Below are positions 35,302 to 43,835 of a stretch of 64,000 nucleotides of DNA, in pieces. Where the stretch lies: assembly GCA_021298815.1 (NCBI GenBank), contig JAJTHE010000040.1:3999-67998 (forward strand), in the 5' to 3' direction. Both the position numbers and the translations under genes were made by a program. This DNA is from Betaproteobacteria bacterium. Its GTDB lineage: Bacteria > Pseudomonadota > Gammaproteobacteria > Burkholderiales > CAIKXV01. Below the pieces are notes generated by a model. That model made no database searches and was not told where the DNA came from. It saw nothing but the letters and a program-made list of their open reading frames with translations. Position 1 is the first letter of the stretch. The number at the start of each line of letters is the position of its first letter.

Positions 35302-37128
35302 TTGCCCCGTACGTTCCTTCGTGTGTTTCCCTTCATGCGCTGGCTGCCGGGAACGACCCGCCAGAGCGCACGCGCCGACCTGATCGCCGGCCTGACCGGC
35401 GCGGTGATCGTGCTGCCGCAATGCGTCGCCTTCGCGACCCTGGCGGGCATGCCGATCGAGTACGGCCTTTACTGCGCGATGGTGCCAGCCGTGATCGCCG
35501 CGCTGTTCGGGTCGTCCTGGCACCTGGTTTCCGGCCCGACCAACGCGATCTCGATCGTGCTGTTCGCCTCGCTCGCGCCACTGGCCGAGCCGGGCAGCGC
35601 CCGCTACGTCGAACTGGCCCTGACCGTGACGCTGCTGGTCGGCGCCATGCAGCTCGCGATGGGGCTCGCGCGGCTGGGCACGCTGGTCAACTTCATCTCG
35701 CATACGGTGATCGTCGGCTTCATGGCGGCGGCCGCGGTGGTGATCATCGATGCGCAGCTGAGCACCTTCTTCGGCCTCCCGATCGCGCGCGGGGCCGGCT
35801 TCTTCGACACGTGGGGGGCGCTGGTGATGCGCGCCGACGAGATCGACCTGCATGTGACCAGCGTCAGCCTGATCACGCTGGTCAGTGCCATCCTGCTGCG
35901 ACGCTACCTGCCGCGCTGGCCCTACATGATCATCGCGATGGCGGTGGGTGCGCTGGCGGCGCTGGCGATCGAGTCCGCCACCGCCGGCGCCGCGCGCATC
36001 GCGACGGTCGGCGCGTTGCCGGCCGCGCTGCCGCCGCTGTCGATGCCCGACCTGTCCTCCACGACGCTCCGCGAGACCGGCGCGATCGCCCTCGCCATCA
36101 CCATCCTGGCGCTGACCGAAGCCGTGTCGATCGCGCGCAGCATCGCGGTGCGCTCCGGCCAGCGCGTGGACAGCACGCAGGAGTTCATCGGCCAGGGCCT
36201 GTCCAACATGGCGGGCGCGTTCTTCTCCAGCTATGCGTCCAGCGGCTCGTTCAACCGCAGCGGGGTCAACTACGAAGCCGGCGCGCGCTCGCCGCTGGCG
36301 GCCGCCTCCTCGGCGCTGTTCCTGCTCGCGATCCTGTTCGCCGTGGCCCCGCTCGCGGCCTACCTGCCGAACGCGGCGATGGCTGCGGTACTGCTGATCG
36401 TGGCCTGGGGACTGATCGACTTCCGCGGCATCCGGCAGATCCTCGCCGCGAGCCGCAGCGAGGCGGCAGTGCTCCTGCTCACCATCCTGTCGGGCGTCTT
36501 CGTGAGCCTCGAGTTCTGCATCCTCGCAGGTGTGATGCTCTCGCTGATGCTGTACCTGAACCGTACCTCCCGCCCTGCGCTGGTGCCGCTGGTGCCCACG
36601 GCGGCACCGGTCGACGAACCGGGCCGGCGCCGGTTCGTGCCGCTGGCCAGGGCGGGCACCGCGGGCGAACCAGCGCAGCGCCCGCCGCAGTGCCCGCCGC
36701 AGTGCCCGCAACTGCTCGTGCTGCGCGTCGACGGTTCGCTGTTCTATGGCGCGGTCGAGCATGTGCGCGACCGGCTGCACGAGCTGGCCGGCGGCCCGGG
36801 GCAGCCGCGGCACCTGCTGCTGCTCGGCGACGGCATCAACCTGATGGACATGGCCGGGGCGCACCTTCTCGAGGGCGAGGCGAAGCGGCTCGCGGACGCA
36901 GGCGGCGGGCTGCATCTCGCCGCGATGAAGCCGGCGGTGGTGGAGATGCTCGATCGCTCCGGGGCGCTCGCCGCGATCGGGGCCGGCCGCCTGTTCGAGC
37001 GCAAGGAGGATGCACTGGCGGCGATCGTGCCGCGGCTGGATGCAGCGACCTGCGCCGGCTGCACGGCACGCGTGTTCGACCAGTGCCCGGCGGCAACGTG
37101 CGCGGCACCGACGCAGGCCACCCGATGA
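35302..37128 (+). CDS. SulP/SLC26-family anion transporter with C-terminal STAS domain (paralogue 1)
   Basis: Track ORF 34393..37128 trimmed. The conserved N-terminal PF(M/L)RW segment precedes the first ATG (35335), so I prefer TTG 35302 (MPRTFLRVFPFMRWLPG); ATG 35335 is the alternative. ADLIAGLTGAVIVLPQCVAFATLAGMP is present, and a STAS-like tail LLVLRVDGSLFYGA. Confidence 0.85.
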   Translation: MPRTFLRVFPFMRWLPGTTRQSARADLIAGLTGAVIVLPQCVAFATLAGMPIEYGLYCAMVPAVIAALFGSSWHLVSGPTNAISIVLFASLAPLAEPGSARYVELALTVTLLVGAMQLAMGLARLGTLVNFISHTVIVGFMAAAAVVIIDAQLSTFFGLPIARGAGFFDTWGALVMRADEIDLHVTSVSLITLVSAILLRRYLPRWPYMIIAMAVGALAALAIESATAGAARIATVGALPAALPPLSMPDLSSTTLRETGAIALAITILALTEAVSIARSIAVRSGQRVDSTQEFIGQGLSNMAGAFFSSYASSGSFNRSGVNYEAGARSPLAAASSALFLLAILFAVAPLAAYLPNAAMAAVLLIVAWGLIDFRGIRQILAASRSEAAVLLLTILSGVFVSLEFCILAGVMLSLMLYLNRTSRPALVPLVPTAAPVDEPGRRRFVPLARAGTAGEPAQRPPQCPPQCPQLLVLRVDGSLFYGAVEHVRDRLHELAGGPGQPRHLLLLGDGINLMDMAGAHLLEGEAKRLADAGGGLHLAAMKPAVVEMLDRSGALAAIGAGRLFERKEDALAAIVPRLDAATCAGCTARVFDQCPAATCAAPTQATR

Positions 37129-39263
37129 ACCGACTGCTCCCTTTCCTTCGCTGGTGGCCGCTGAAGCGCGACGTGCTGCGCGCCGACATCGTCGCCGGCA
37201 TCAGCGTCGCGCTGGTGCTGGTGCCGCAGTCGATGGCCTACGCGCAGCTCGCTGGCATGCCGGCCTACTACGGGCTGTACGCGGGATTCCTGCCGGTGAT
37301 CGTGGCCGCGCTCTGGGGCTCGTCGAACCAGCTCGCCCATGGCCCGGCGGCCGTGTCTTCGATCCTCACCGCCTCGGCGCTGGCGCCGCTCGCCACGCTC
37401 GGCTCCGAGAACTTCGTCGCGCTGGCCATCCTGCTCGCGTTCATGGTGGGCGTGATCCAGCTCGCGCTGGGCCTGTGCCGGATGGGCAACGTGGTGAGCT
37501 TCCTGTCGCACCCGGTCATCCTCGGCTTCACCTCCGCGGCGGCGATCATCATCGGGCTGTCCCAGCTCAACAAGCTGTTCGGGCTGCCGCTCGGACGCAG
37601 CGACTTCTTCCTCGGCGACGTCTGGCAGATGCTGCTGCAGATGCCCGATGCACACCTGCCGAGCCTGGCGATAGGGATCGGCGCGATCGCCGTCATCTGG
37701 GCGTTCCGGCGCTGGCTGCCCCGGTGGCCGGGCGTTCTGGTCGCCGTCGCGCTGGGCACCGCGGTGAGCTGGGGCATCGGCTTCGAGCGCAAGGCGACGG
37801 CACCGGCCGACGCCTTCGCAGATCCGCACGTGCTGGCGATCGCGCGCGACTACCAGCAGGCGCGCGCACAGGTGCGCGAACTGGACGCAACGATCGAGGG
37901 CCTGCGCCGCGCGGACTCTGCCGCGGTCCCGCGCAGCGAAGCCCTGGCCCGCCGCTACGAGATCGAGCTCAAGCAGCTGGAACGCACCGACCTCGAGCGC
38001 GAGAACGCGCAGCGCCTGCGCGACCTGCGCCAGCTCGCGTTCCACGCCAGGCACGATGCGGATGGCGCGATCGTCTCGCTCGAGACGCCAGCGGCCGGCA
38101 GCAGCGGCGGCGGCGCCTGGCGCATCCGCGACATCCGCGGCGGCCGGGTGCAGCTCTCCGGCGGCGGGGAGGTGGTCGGCACCATCCCCGCGGGCCTGCC
38201 TTCGATCGGACTGCCGCAGCTGTCCTGGGACGCGGTGCGCTCGCTGATCAGCGCCGCGCTGGTGATGGCACTGATCGGCTTCGTCGAGGCGGTGTCGATC
38301 GGCAAGGCGATGGCCGCCCGCACCCGGCAGCGCATCGACGCCAACCAGGAACTGCTCGGACAGGGACTCGCCAACATCGCCGGCAGCCTCACGCAGGCCT
38401 TCCCCACCATGGGGTCGTTCTCGCGCTCGGCGGTGAACATCAGCGCCGGGGCCCGCACCGGCATGGCCAGCGTGGTCACCGGCCTGCTGATGCTGCTCAC
38501 CCTGGTCGCGCTGACGCCGCTGCTGTACCACCTGCCGCAGGCGGTGCTCGCCGCGGTGATCATGATGGCAGTGACCAGCCTGTTCGGCTTCCGGGCGATG
38601 AACCGGGCCTGGCGCGCGCATCGCCATGACGGCATCGCCGCATGGGTCACCTTCTTCGCCGCGCTCCTGCTGGCGCCGGCCATCGACTACGGCGTGCTGA
38701 TCGGTGCAGTGCTGGCCGTGCTGCTCTACCTGTTCCGCACGATGCGGCCACGCATGGCGCTGCTGTCGCGCCATCCCGACGGCACGCTGCGCGACGCGCG
38801 CGTGCACGGGCTGCCCACCAGCGAACGGCTGGTCGTGCTGCGCTTCGACGGCTCGCTCTATTTCGCCAACGTGCCGTATTTCGAGGACAGCGTGCTGGAG
38901 GCGGTGGCATCCTTCCCGCAGGCGCGCGAGGTCCTGATCGTCTGCGAAGGGCTCAACGCGATCGACGCATCCGGGGTGGAGGTGATCGAACACCTGTCGG
39001 AGCGACTGGCGGCCGCCGGCATCACGCTGTCGATGTGCGCGGTCAAGCTGCAGGTGATGGCGGTGTTCGACCGTACCGGCCTGTCGGCGAAGCTGGGCCC
39101 CGGAAACCTGTTCCGCTCGGCCGACCAGGGCATCGCAGCCATCGCCCTGCGCACCCCGGATCCGACCATCGCCGCCTGCCTGATGCTGCCGCGACCTGCG
39201 GCGCAGCCGGCGGCCCCTTCGGCAAGCACGACGCCGTCACCGGCCGCCATGCCGCCCCTATAA
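37125..39263 (+). CDS. SulP/SLC26-family anion transporter with STAS domain and a ~128-aa internal insertion (paralogue 2)
   Basis: Track ORF 35106..39263 trimmed to ATG 37125, which overlaps the paralogue-1 stop (ATGA). MNRLLPFLRWWPLKRDVLRADIVAGISVALVLVPQSMAYAQLAGMP is present, and the STAS tail LVVLRFDGSLYFANVPYF. 712 aa. Confidence 0.88.
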   Translation: MNRLLPFLRWWPLKRDVLRADIVAGISVALVLVPQSMAYAQLAGMPAYYGLYAGFLPVIVAALWGSSNQLAHGPAAVSSILTASALAPLATLGSENFVALAILLAFMVGVIQLALGLCRMGNVVSFLSHPVILGFTSAAAIIIGLSQLNKLFGLPLGRSDFFLGDVWQMLLQMPDAHLPSLAIGIGAIAVIWAFRRWLPRWPGVLVAVALGTAVSWGIGFERKATAPADAFADPHVLAIARDYQQARAQVRELDATIEGLRRADSAAVPRSEALARRYEIELKQLERTDLERENAQRLRDLRQLAFHARHDADGAIVSLETPAAGSSGGGAWRIRDIRGGRVQLSGGGEVVGTIPAGLPSIGLPQLSWDAVRSLISAALVMALIGFVEAVSIGKAMAARTRQRIDANQELLGQGLANIAGSLTQAFPTMGSFSRSAVNISAGARTGMASVVTGLLMLLTLVALTPLLYHLPQAVLAAVIMMAVTSLFGFRAMNRAWRAHRHDGIAAWVTFFAALLLAPAIDYGVLIGAVLAVLLYLFRTMRPRMALLSRHPDGTLRDARVHGLPTSERLVVLRFDGSLYFANVPYFEDSVLEAVASFPQAREVLIVCEGLNAIDASGVEVIEHLSERLAAAGITLSMCAVKLQVMAVFDRTGLSAKLGPGNLFRSADQGIAAIALRTPDPTIAACLMLPRPAAQPAAPSASTTPSPAAMPPL

Positions 39264-39353
39264 TCGCGCTCCACGCGAATGCAGCACGGCAGCACGCGCA
39301 CGGGAGGAGGCATGGTCGCCCCCGGTCGCGCCATCCCAGACAGGACGACGGCA

Positions 39354-39905
39354 ATGGGCTTCCGCCTCACCAGGATATACACCCGCACCGGAGACGGCGG
39401 CGACACCGGCCTGGGCGACGGCAGCCGGGTCGCGAAGGACTCGCCGCGGGTCGAGGTGCTCGGGGTCGTCGACGAGCTCAACTGCGCGATCGGCCTTCTG
39501 CTGGTCGAACCGGTATCCGCGGAAGTGCGGGAATGCCTGACCGCGGTCCAGCACGACCTGTTCGACCTCGGGGGCGAGCTGAGCATCCCGGGATACACGG
39601 CGGTGACCGAGCGCCATGTCACCCGCATCGAGGAAGTCCTCGACCGCTTCAACGGCACGCTCGAACCCCTGAAGGACTTCATCCTGCCCGGCGGCTCCCG
39701 CGCCGCCGCCGCCTGCCATTTCGCGCGTACCCTCGCCCGACGCGCGGAACGGCGGATGGTAACGCTCGGTTCGACCGAACCGGTGTCGCCGCTCGCCCAG
39801 AAGTACCTCAATCGCCTGTCGGACCTTCTGTTCGTGCTGTGCCGGGTGGTCAATCGCGATGCGGGCGTGGCAGACGTGCTCTGGCAGAAGGGCCGGACGC
39901 TCTGA
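39354..39905 (+). CDS. PduO-type ATP:cob(I)alamin adenosyltransferase
   Basis: Track ORF 39279..39905 trimmed to ATG 39354. MGFRLTRIYTRTGDGGDTGLGDGSRVAKDSPRVEVLGVVDELNCAIG is the family N-terminus. Confidence 0.85.
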   Translation: MGFRLTRIYTRTGDGGDTGLGDGSRVAKDSPRVEVLGVVDELNCAIGLLLVEPVSAEVRECLTAVQHDLFDLGGELSIPGYTAVTERHVTRIEEVLDRFNGTLEPLKDFILPGGSRAAAACHFARTLARRAERRMVTLGSTEPVSPLAQKYLNRLSDLLFVLCRVVNRDAGVADVLWQKGRTL

Positions 39906-39906
39906 A

Positions 39907-40503
39907 ATGGCTTCCGGCGTCGCGGCGGACCCGCTCGACCCTGCCCGGCTGCGCGACCTGGTCGCGCGCTGCGCGCTGCACGACCAGGCCGCCTTCGCCG
40001 AACTCTATCGTACCTCCAGCGCGAAACTGTTTGCCGTCGCCGTCCGTATATTGAGACGGGACGACCTGGCCGAGGAGGCCCTTCAGGACAGCTTCGTGAA
40101 CATCTGGAACCATTGCGTCGACTACCGCGCCGACCTTGCAGCACCGATGACCTGGATGACCAGCATCGTGCGCAACCGTGCGCTCGACCTGAAGCGCCGG
40201 CCCTCGATCGAGGTGACCGGCGAGGACAGCGATGCCTGGGTGGAGGCGTTCGAGGATGATGCGCCCGGTCCGCTCGAGCGCTTGTCCGAGGCTGGGGCGG
40301 CGCGCCGGCTGCAGGACTGCCTGTCGGTGATCGAGGCAGGCCAGCGGCAGGCGATCGCGCTGGCGTTCATGCATGGTCTGACCCATGCCGAGCTGTCCGG
40401 CCACCTGCGCATGCCGCTGGGCACGGTCAAGACCTCGATCCGGCGCGGCATGTCGAAACTCAAGAACTGCCTGGGCGGAAGCGCCGGCACAAGCCGGGCC
40501 TGA
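39907..40503 (+). CDS. ECF-type RNA polymerase sigma-70 family factor
   Basis: Track ORF 39859..40503 trimmed to ATG 39907, 1 nt after the upstream stop. Region 2 is LAEEALQDSFVNIWNH..TWMTSIVRNRALD, and region 4 is QRQAIALAFMHGLTHAELSGHLRMPLGTVKTSIRRG. Confidence 0.88.
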   Translation: MASGVAADPLDPARLRDLVARCALHDQAAFAELYRTSSAKLFAVAVRILRRDDLAEEALQDSFVNIWNHCVDYRADLAAPMTWMTSIVRNRALDLKRRPSIEVTGEDSDAWVEAFEDDAPGPLERLSEAGAARRLQDCLSVIEAGQRQAIALAFMHGLTHAELSGHLRMPLGTVKTSIRRGMSKLKNCLGGSAGTSRA

Positions 40504-40515
40504 GCGCGGATCCCG

Positions 40516-41322
40516 ATGCGCTACGATGACCCCGAACTGCGTGACCGCCTCGCCTCGGAGTACGTGCTCGGTACGCTGCACGGGCGGGCGCGGGCGCGTT
40601 TTTGCAGCCTGATGCGCTACGACCCCGACCTGCGCGCACGGGTCTCGGCCTGGGAGGCGCGCCTGGCACCGCTGGCCGAGGCGATACCGGCGCGGGAACC
40701 CCCGGCCGCGGCATGGGACGGCATCGCCGCGCGCCTCGGGCATGCGGGCGCAGTTCGGCCGCCGGCGAAAGCCGGTGCCGCCGCCGGTGCCGGCGGCGGC
40801 GGCCTGGCCGGCTGGTGGCGCGGTCTCGCCATCGCCGCCAGCCTGAGTACCCTTGCCCTGGCCGCGCTGCTGGCCGGCACTGGACTGCGCCCCGGCGGCG
40901 AGGCCGTGCCGACCGCCGCGACCGGCGGTACCGCGCAGGTCGCCTCGGCACCGGTGCAGGAAGGCATGATGGCGATCCTGACCGATGCCGAGGCACGGCC
41001 GACGATGCTGGTGTCCTGGCCGATGCAGCCAGGCAGCGACGGCATGGTCGAACTGAGGGTGCGGATCATCATGGACCATCCGACCATGGACCCGAATACC
41101 GCCTGGGAACTCTGGCTGCTGCCGCGCGCGGAAGGCGGCGCGCCGCGATCGGTCGGGCTGGTCGGCATCGAGGCCGAACAGCGCCTGCGCGTCGATGCGT
41201 CGATGCTCAAGGCGCTGCTCGAAGCGCAGGGGATGGCCCTGAGCAACGAACCCGATGGCGGCTCGCCGACCGGCACGCCGACCGGGCCGGTCATCTTCCG
41301 CGGACCCTGCGTCCGAACCTGA
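40516..41322 (+). CDS. Anti-sigma factor, RskA-like (single-pass membrane)
   Basis: 268-aa track ORF. The N-terminal anti-sigma domain LASEYVLGTLHGRARARFCSLMRYDPDLRARVSAWE is followed by a central TM (WWRGLAIAASLSTLALAALLAG) and a C-terminal extracytoplasmic domain. Confidence 0.8.
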   Translation: MRYDDPELRDRLASEYVLGTLHGRARARFCSLMRYDPDLRARVSAWEARLAPLAEAIPAREPPAAAWDGIAARLGHAGAVRPPAKAGAAAGAGGGGLAGWWRGLAIAASLSTLALAALLAGTGLRPGGEAVPTAATGGTAQVASAPVQEGMMAILTDAEARPTMLVSWPMQPGSDGMVELRVRIIMDHPTMDPNTAWELWLLPRAEGGAPRSVGLVGIEAEQRLRVDASMLKALLEAQGMALSNEPDGGSPTGTPTGPVIFRGPCVRT

Positions 41323-41378
41323 GCGGCCGCGGGGTAACAGGCAGGCCGCGGCCCCGGATCCGGAGGCCCCGGACCCGA

Positions 41379-41996
41379 TCAGCCCTGCTGCTGCCAGACC
41401 TGCAGCAGTTGCGCGCTCACGTGGCGCAGGCGCTGGTTGAGCAGCAGCACCAGTTGCAGGAGGATCTTCTGGCCGAGGTGGGGATGGTCCTTCATGATGC
41501 GCTCGAGGCCCTTGCGCGGCAGCGCCGCGAAGGTGACCGGGGTGGCGGCGATGCAGGTGGCGAAGCGCGGTTCGCCGTCGATCAGCGACATCTCGCCGAG
41601 CGTCTTGCCCGGGGCGGCGACGCCGACCAGCGATCGTTCCACCTCCGCGCCCTTCTTGAACACCTCGACATAGCCCTCGAGCACCAGCACCATGAAGTCG
41701 CCCGGGTCGCCCTCGATGATGAAGGGAACGCCGGTGCCGACCCGGTAGATCTGCAGGAACCCGGCGAAGCGCTGCAGGTCGTCGTCGGAGAACTGGGAGA
41801 GCAGCGCGCTCTCGCGCAGCACCTTCTCGATCAACGGCACGAACCCGATGCCCAGCCCCAGCCGTTCGATCGACGGCGGCACGGGCGGCATCGCGGAAGC
41901 GGATGCGGCCGGGGCGCCGGCGGCGGACGAAGCCTGTGCCGCCGCCGGCCGGACATTGGCTGGCGGCATCGTCGTCTCGCCTGGAAATTCGGACAT
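41379..41996 (-). CDS. Stand-alone cyclic-nucleotide-binding-domain protein
   Basis: 205-aa track ORF. An Ala-rich N-terminus is followed by FIIEGDPGDFMVLVLEGYVEVFK..GKTLGEMSLIDGEPRFATCIA (cNMP-binding pattern). GGAGTG SD is present. Confidence 0.75.
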   Translation of the reverse strand: MSEFPGETTMPPANVRPAAAQASSAAGAPAASASAMPPVPPSIERLGLGIGFVPLIEKVLRESALLSQFSDDDLQRFAGFLQIYRVGTGVPFIIEGDPGDFMVLVLEGYVEVFKKGAEVERSLVGVAAPGKTLGEMSLIDGEPRFATCIAATPVTFAALPRKGLERIMKDHPHLGQKILLQLVLLLNQRLRHVSAQLLQVWQQQG

Positions 41997-42153
41997 CGAT
42001 TCACTCCATGCACGTGCCGGACCCGGGCTTATCCTGCCGGCCCTTTACGCGCCTGTATCGAAGGATACGCGCGACTACAATCCGGGGGGAACACCAACGC
42101 CACACCGGCGACGTGTCTTTTCTCACATTCCAGCCCGCCCAGGGAGCCCCGAG

Positions 42154-42894
42154 ATGACCGAAACCACCCCTCCCAGCCTGACCGGCAAGGTGCCGCGCGA
42201 TCGTATCGCCACCCTGTCGCTGCCCCGCCTGCCCGGATCGCTGGTCGATGCGTACCGCGGACTGGTCGACCTCACCGGGACGGTCTCTGACGCGATGGAC
42301 GCGCTGGGGCTGGTCGGCGCGGTGCCTGCCCAGGTCCTGCAGCCGATGCTGGCGGGCAGGCGCGTGGTCGGCCAGGCGGTGACCGTGCGCAACGTCGAGA
42401 AGAAACAGCAGGTTTTCCGCGCCGCGTCCGAGAAGGTCAACCTGATGGGCGAGGCCGAGGCGCACAACCTCGCCCGGCCAGGCGACATCGTGGTGATCGA
42501 GGGGCTGATGGGCTGCTCGAACCTGGGGGGACAGTCCGCCACCATCGGCCACCGCCAGGGCGAGGCCGCGGTGATCGTCGACGGTTCCATCCGCGACCCG
42601 GACGCCTCGCGCGAACTCGGCTTCCCGGTGTGGTGCCGCGGCGTGACGCCGGTGACCGGCAAGTGGCGCCTCGAGACGGTCGAGATCAACGGCCCGGTCG
42701 CGATCTGCGGCGTCCAGGTGCGTGCCGGCGACCTGGTCTGCGCCGACGACGCGGGCGTCTGCTTCGTGCCCTTCGACCACGCCGAAGCCGTGCTGGCCGA
42801 GGCGATGAAGATCGACGCCGGCGACACACTGCGCAAAGAAGAGATCGTCCGCGGCGTCGACGTGAAGACCCTGGTCACGAAGAAGTACAAATGA
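42154..42894 (+). CDS. RraA-family protein (RNase E regulator / HMG-CHA aldolase-oxaloacetate decarboxylase fold)
   Basis: Track ORF 41848..42894 trimmed to ATG 42154 (GGGAG SD). GDIVVIEG...NLGGQSATIGHRQGEAAVIVDGSIRD is the RraA-like core. Confidence 0.8.
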   Translation: MTETTPPSLTGKVPRDRIATLSLPRLPGSLVDAYRGLVDLTGTVSDAMDALGLVGAVPAQVLQPMLAGRRVVGQAVTVRNVEKKQQVFRAASEKVNLMGEAEAHNLARPGDIVVIEGLMGCSNLGGQSATIGHRQGEAAVIVDGSIRDPDASRELGFPVWCRGVTPVTGKWRLETVEINGPVAICGVQVRAGDLVCADDAGVCFVPFDHAEAVLAEAMKIDAGDTLRKEEIVRGVDVKTLVTKKYK

Positions 42895-42909
42895 AATCCG
42901 GATGACCCT

Positions 42910-42935
42910 GGGGTCTGACCCCGGGGTCAGACCCC
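42910..42935. terminator. 26-bp perfect palindrome GGGGTCTGACCCCGGGGTCAGACCCC between convergent genes
   Basis: Read and checked directly. It would fold as an 11-bp stem with a CCGG loop, and it sits in the 49-nt gap between convergent stops (42894 and 42944). There is no U-tract. Confidence 0.45.
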
Positions 42936-42943
42936 GCTTCCGG

Positions 42944-43789
42944 TCAGTCGAGCCTGAAGCCGCGGGCGCGGATGTAGGCACCGAAGTCGGCACGCTCAGG
43001 TACCGAGTACTGCCGGGCCTTGTCCTCGGACCAGCCGTAGAAGTCGGCGACGCCGAGGTCGCGCGCGCGGCGCTGGCGCCGGTACGGCTGGCGTGCATGG
43101 CGCCAGCGGTCGTAGCCATCGATCGCCGAGCGCGTGGCCTCGTCTCCGGCATCCTGGTAGCCGTCGGCATGCACGGTGAGGGACAGCGGCAGGCGCGGGC
43201 TGATCATGCCCTCGCCCGCAGGCCAGCCGACCGCGAGCCCGGCGACGGGAAAAACCCGTTCGGGCAGCTGCAGGAAATCGCTGACCGCCTGGGCGCGGTT
43301 GCGGATCTGGCTGATCGGGCAACAGCCCAGGCCGACCGCCTCGGCGGCGACGACGAACGACCCGAGCACGATGCTGGCATCGACCGCGGCATTGAAGAAC
43401 CAGTCGAGATGGTCGTTGGCGAACGCCACGCCGCGCCACTCGGCGACCTGGTGCTGGCGCCGGTGGTTGCCGCAGAACACCAGCAGTGCCGGTGCGGCGG
43501 CGATCCACGGATCGGGCGCGATCAGCGGCGCGAGCCCGGCCCGGCGCTGCGGATCGGTGACCACGAGGATGTCGCGGCTCTGCATGTCGCTCTTGGTCGG
43601 CGAGGACAGCGCGATCGCAGCCAGCGTGTCGAGCATCGCGCGCGGCAGCGGCCGGTCGGCCCAATCGCGGATCGAGACATGCGCGGCCATACGAACATGG
43701 GTGTCGTTCGCGAACGCGGTGTCCAGTTCGCCTGCGTCCTGGAACCGCTCGGCCAGCAGCCGCGAAAGTTCCACTGCCGGATCAGCCAT
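42944..43789 (-). CDS. Nitroreductase-family flavoprotein
   Basis: 281-aa track ORF (GGGGAG SD) with the general nitroreductase-fold pattern (SPTKSDMQSRDILVVTD, AAEAVGLGCCPI). The assignment is by eye only. Confidence 0.7.
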   Translation of the reverse strand: MADPAVELSRLLAERFQDAGELDTAFANDTHVRMAAHVSIRDWADRPLPRAMLDTLAAIALSSPTKSDMQSRDILVVTDPQRRAGLAPLIAPDPWIAAAPALLVFCGNHRRQHQVAEWRGVAFANDHLDWFFNAAVDASIVLGSFVVAAEAVGLGCCPISQIRNRAQAVSDFLQLPERVFPVAGLAVGWPAGEGMISPRLPLSLTVHADGYQDAGDEATRSAIDGYDRWRHARQPYRRQRRARDLGVADFYGWSEDKARQYSVPERADFGAYIRARGFRLD

Positions 43790-43835
43790 CTTCGGGACTC
43801 CCCTGGTGGCTGCGACGCACCCCTCAGGCCATTCC

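Noticed and set aside
39264-39353. Cobalamin riboswitch upstream of the PduO-type adenosyltransferase.
   Set aside because: The spacer is only 90 nt and I could not find a B12-box-like element or the multi-stem architecture. It is too short for the known class.
41325-41353. Hairpin GGCCGCGG..CCGCGGCC between the convergent anti-sigma and cNMP-binding genes, considered as a terminator.
   Set aside because: The stem is only 8 bp and built of self-complementary GC-rich sequence with a 13-nt loop and no U-run. It is indistinguishable from background GC-rich symmetry.
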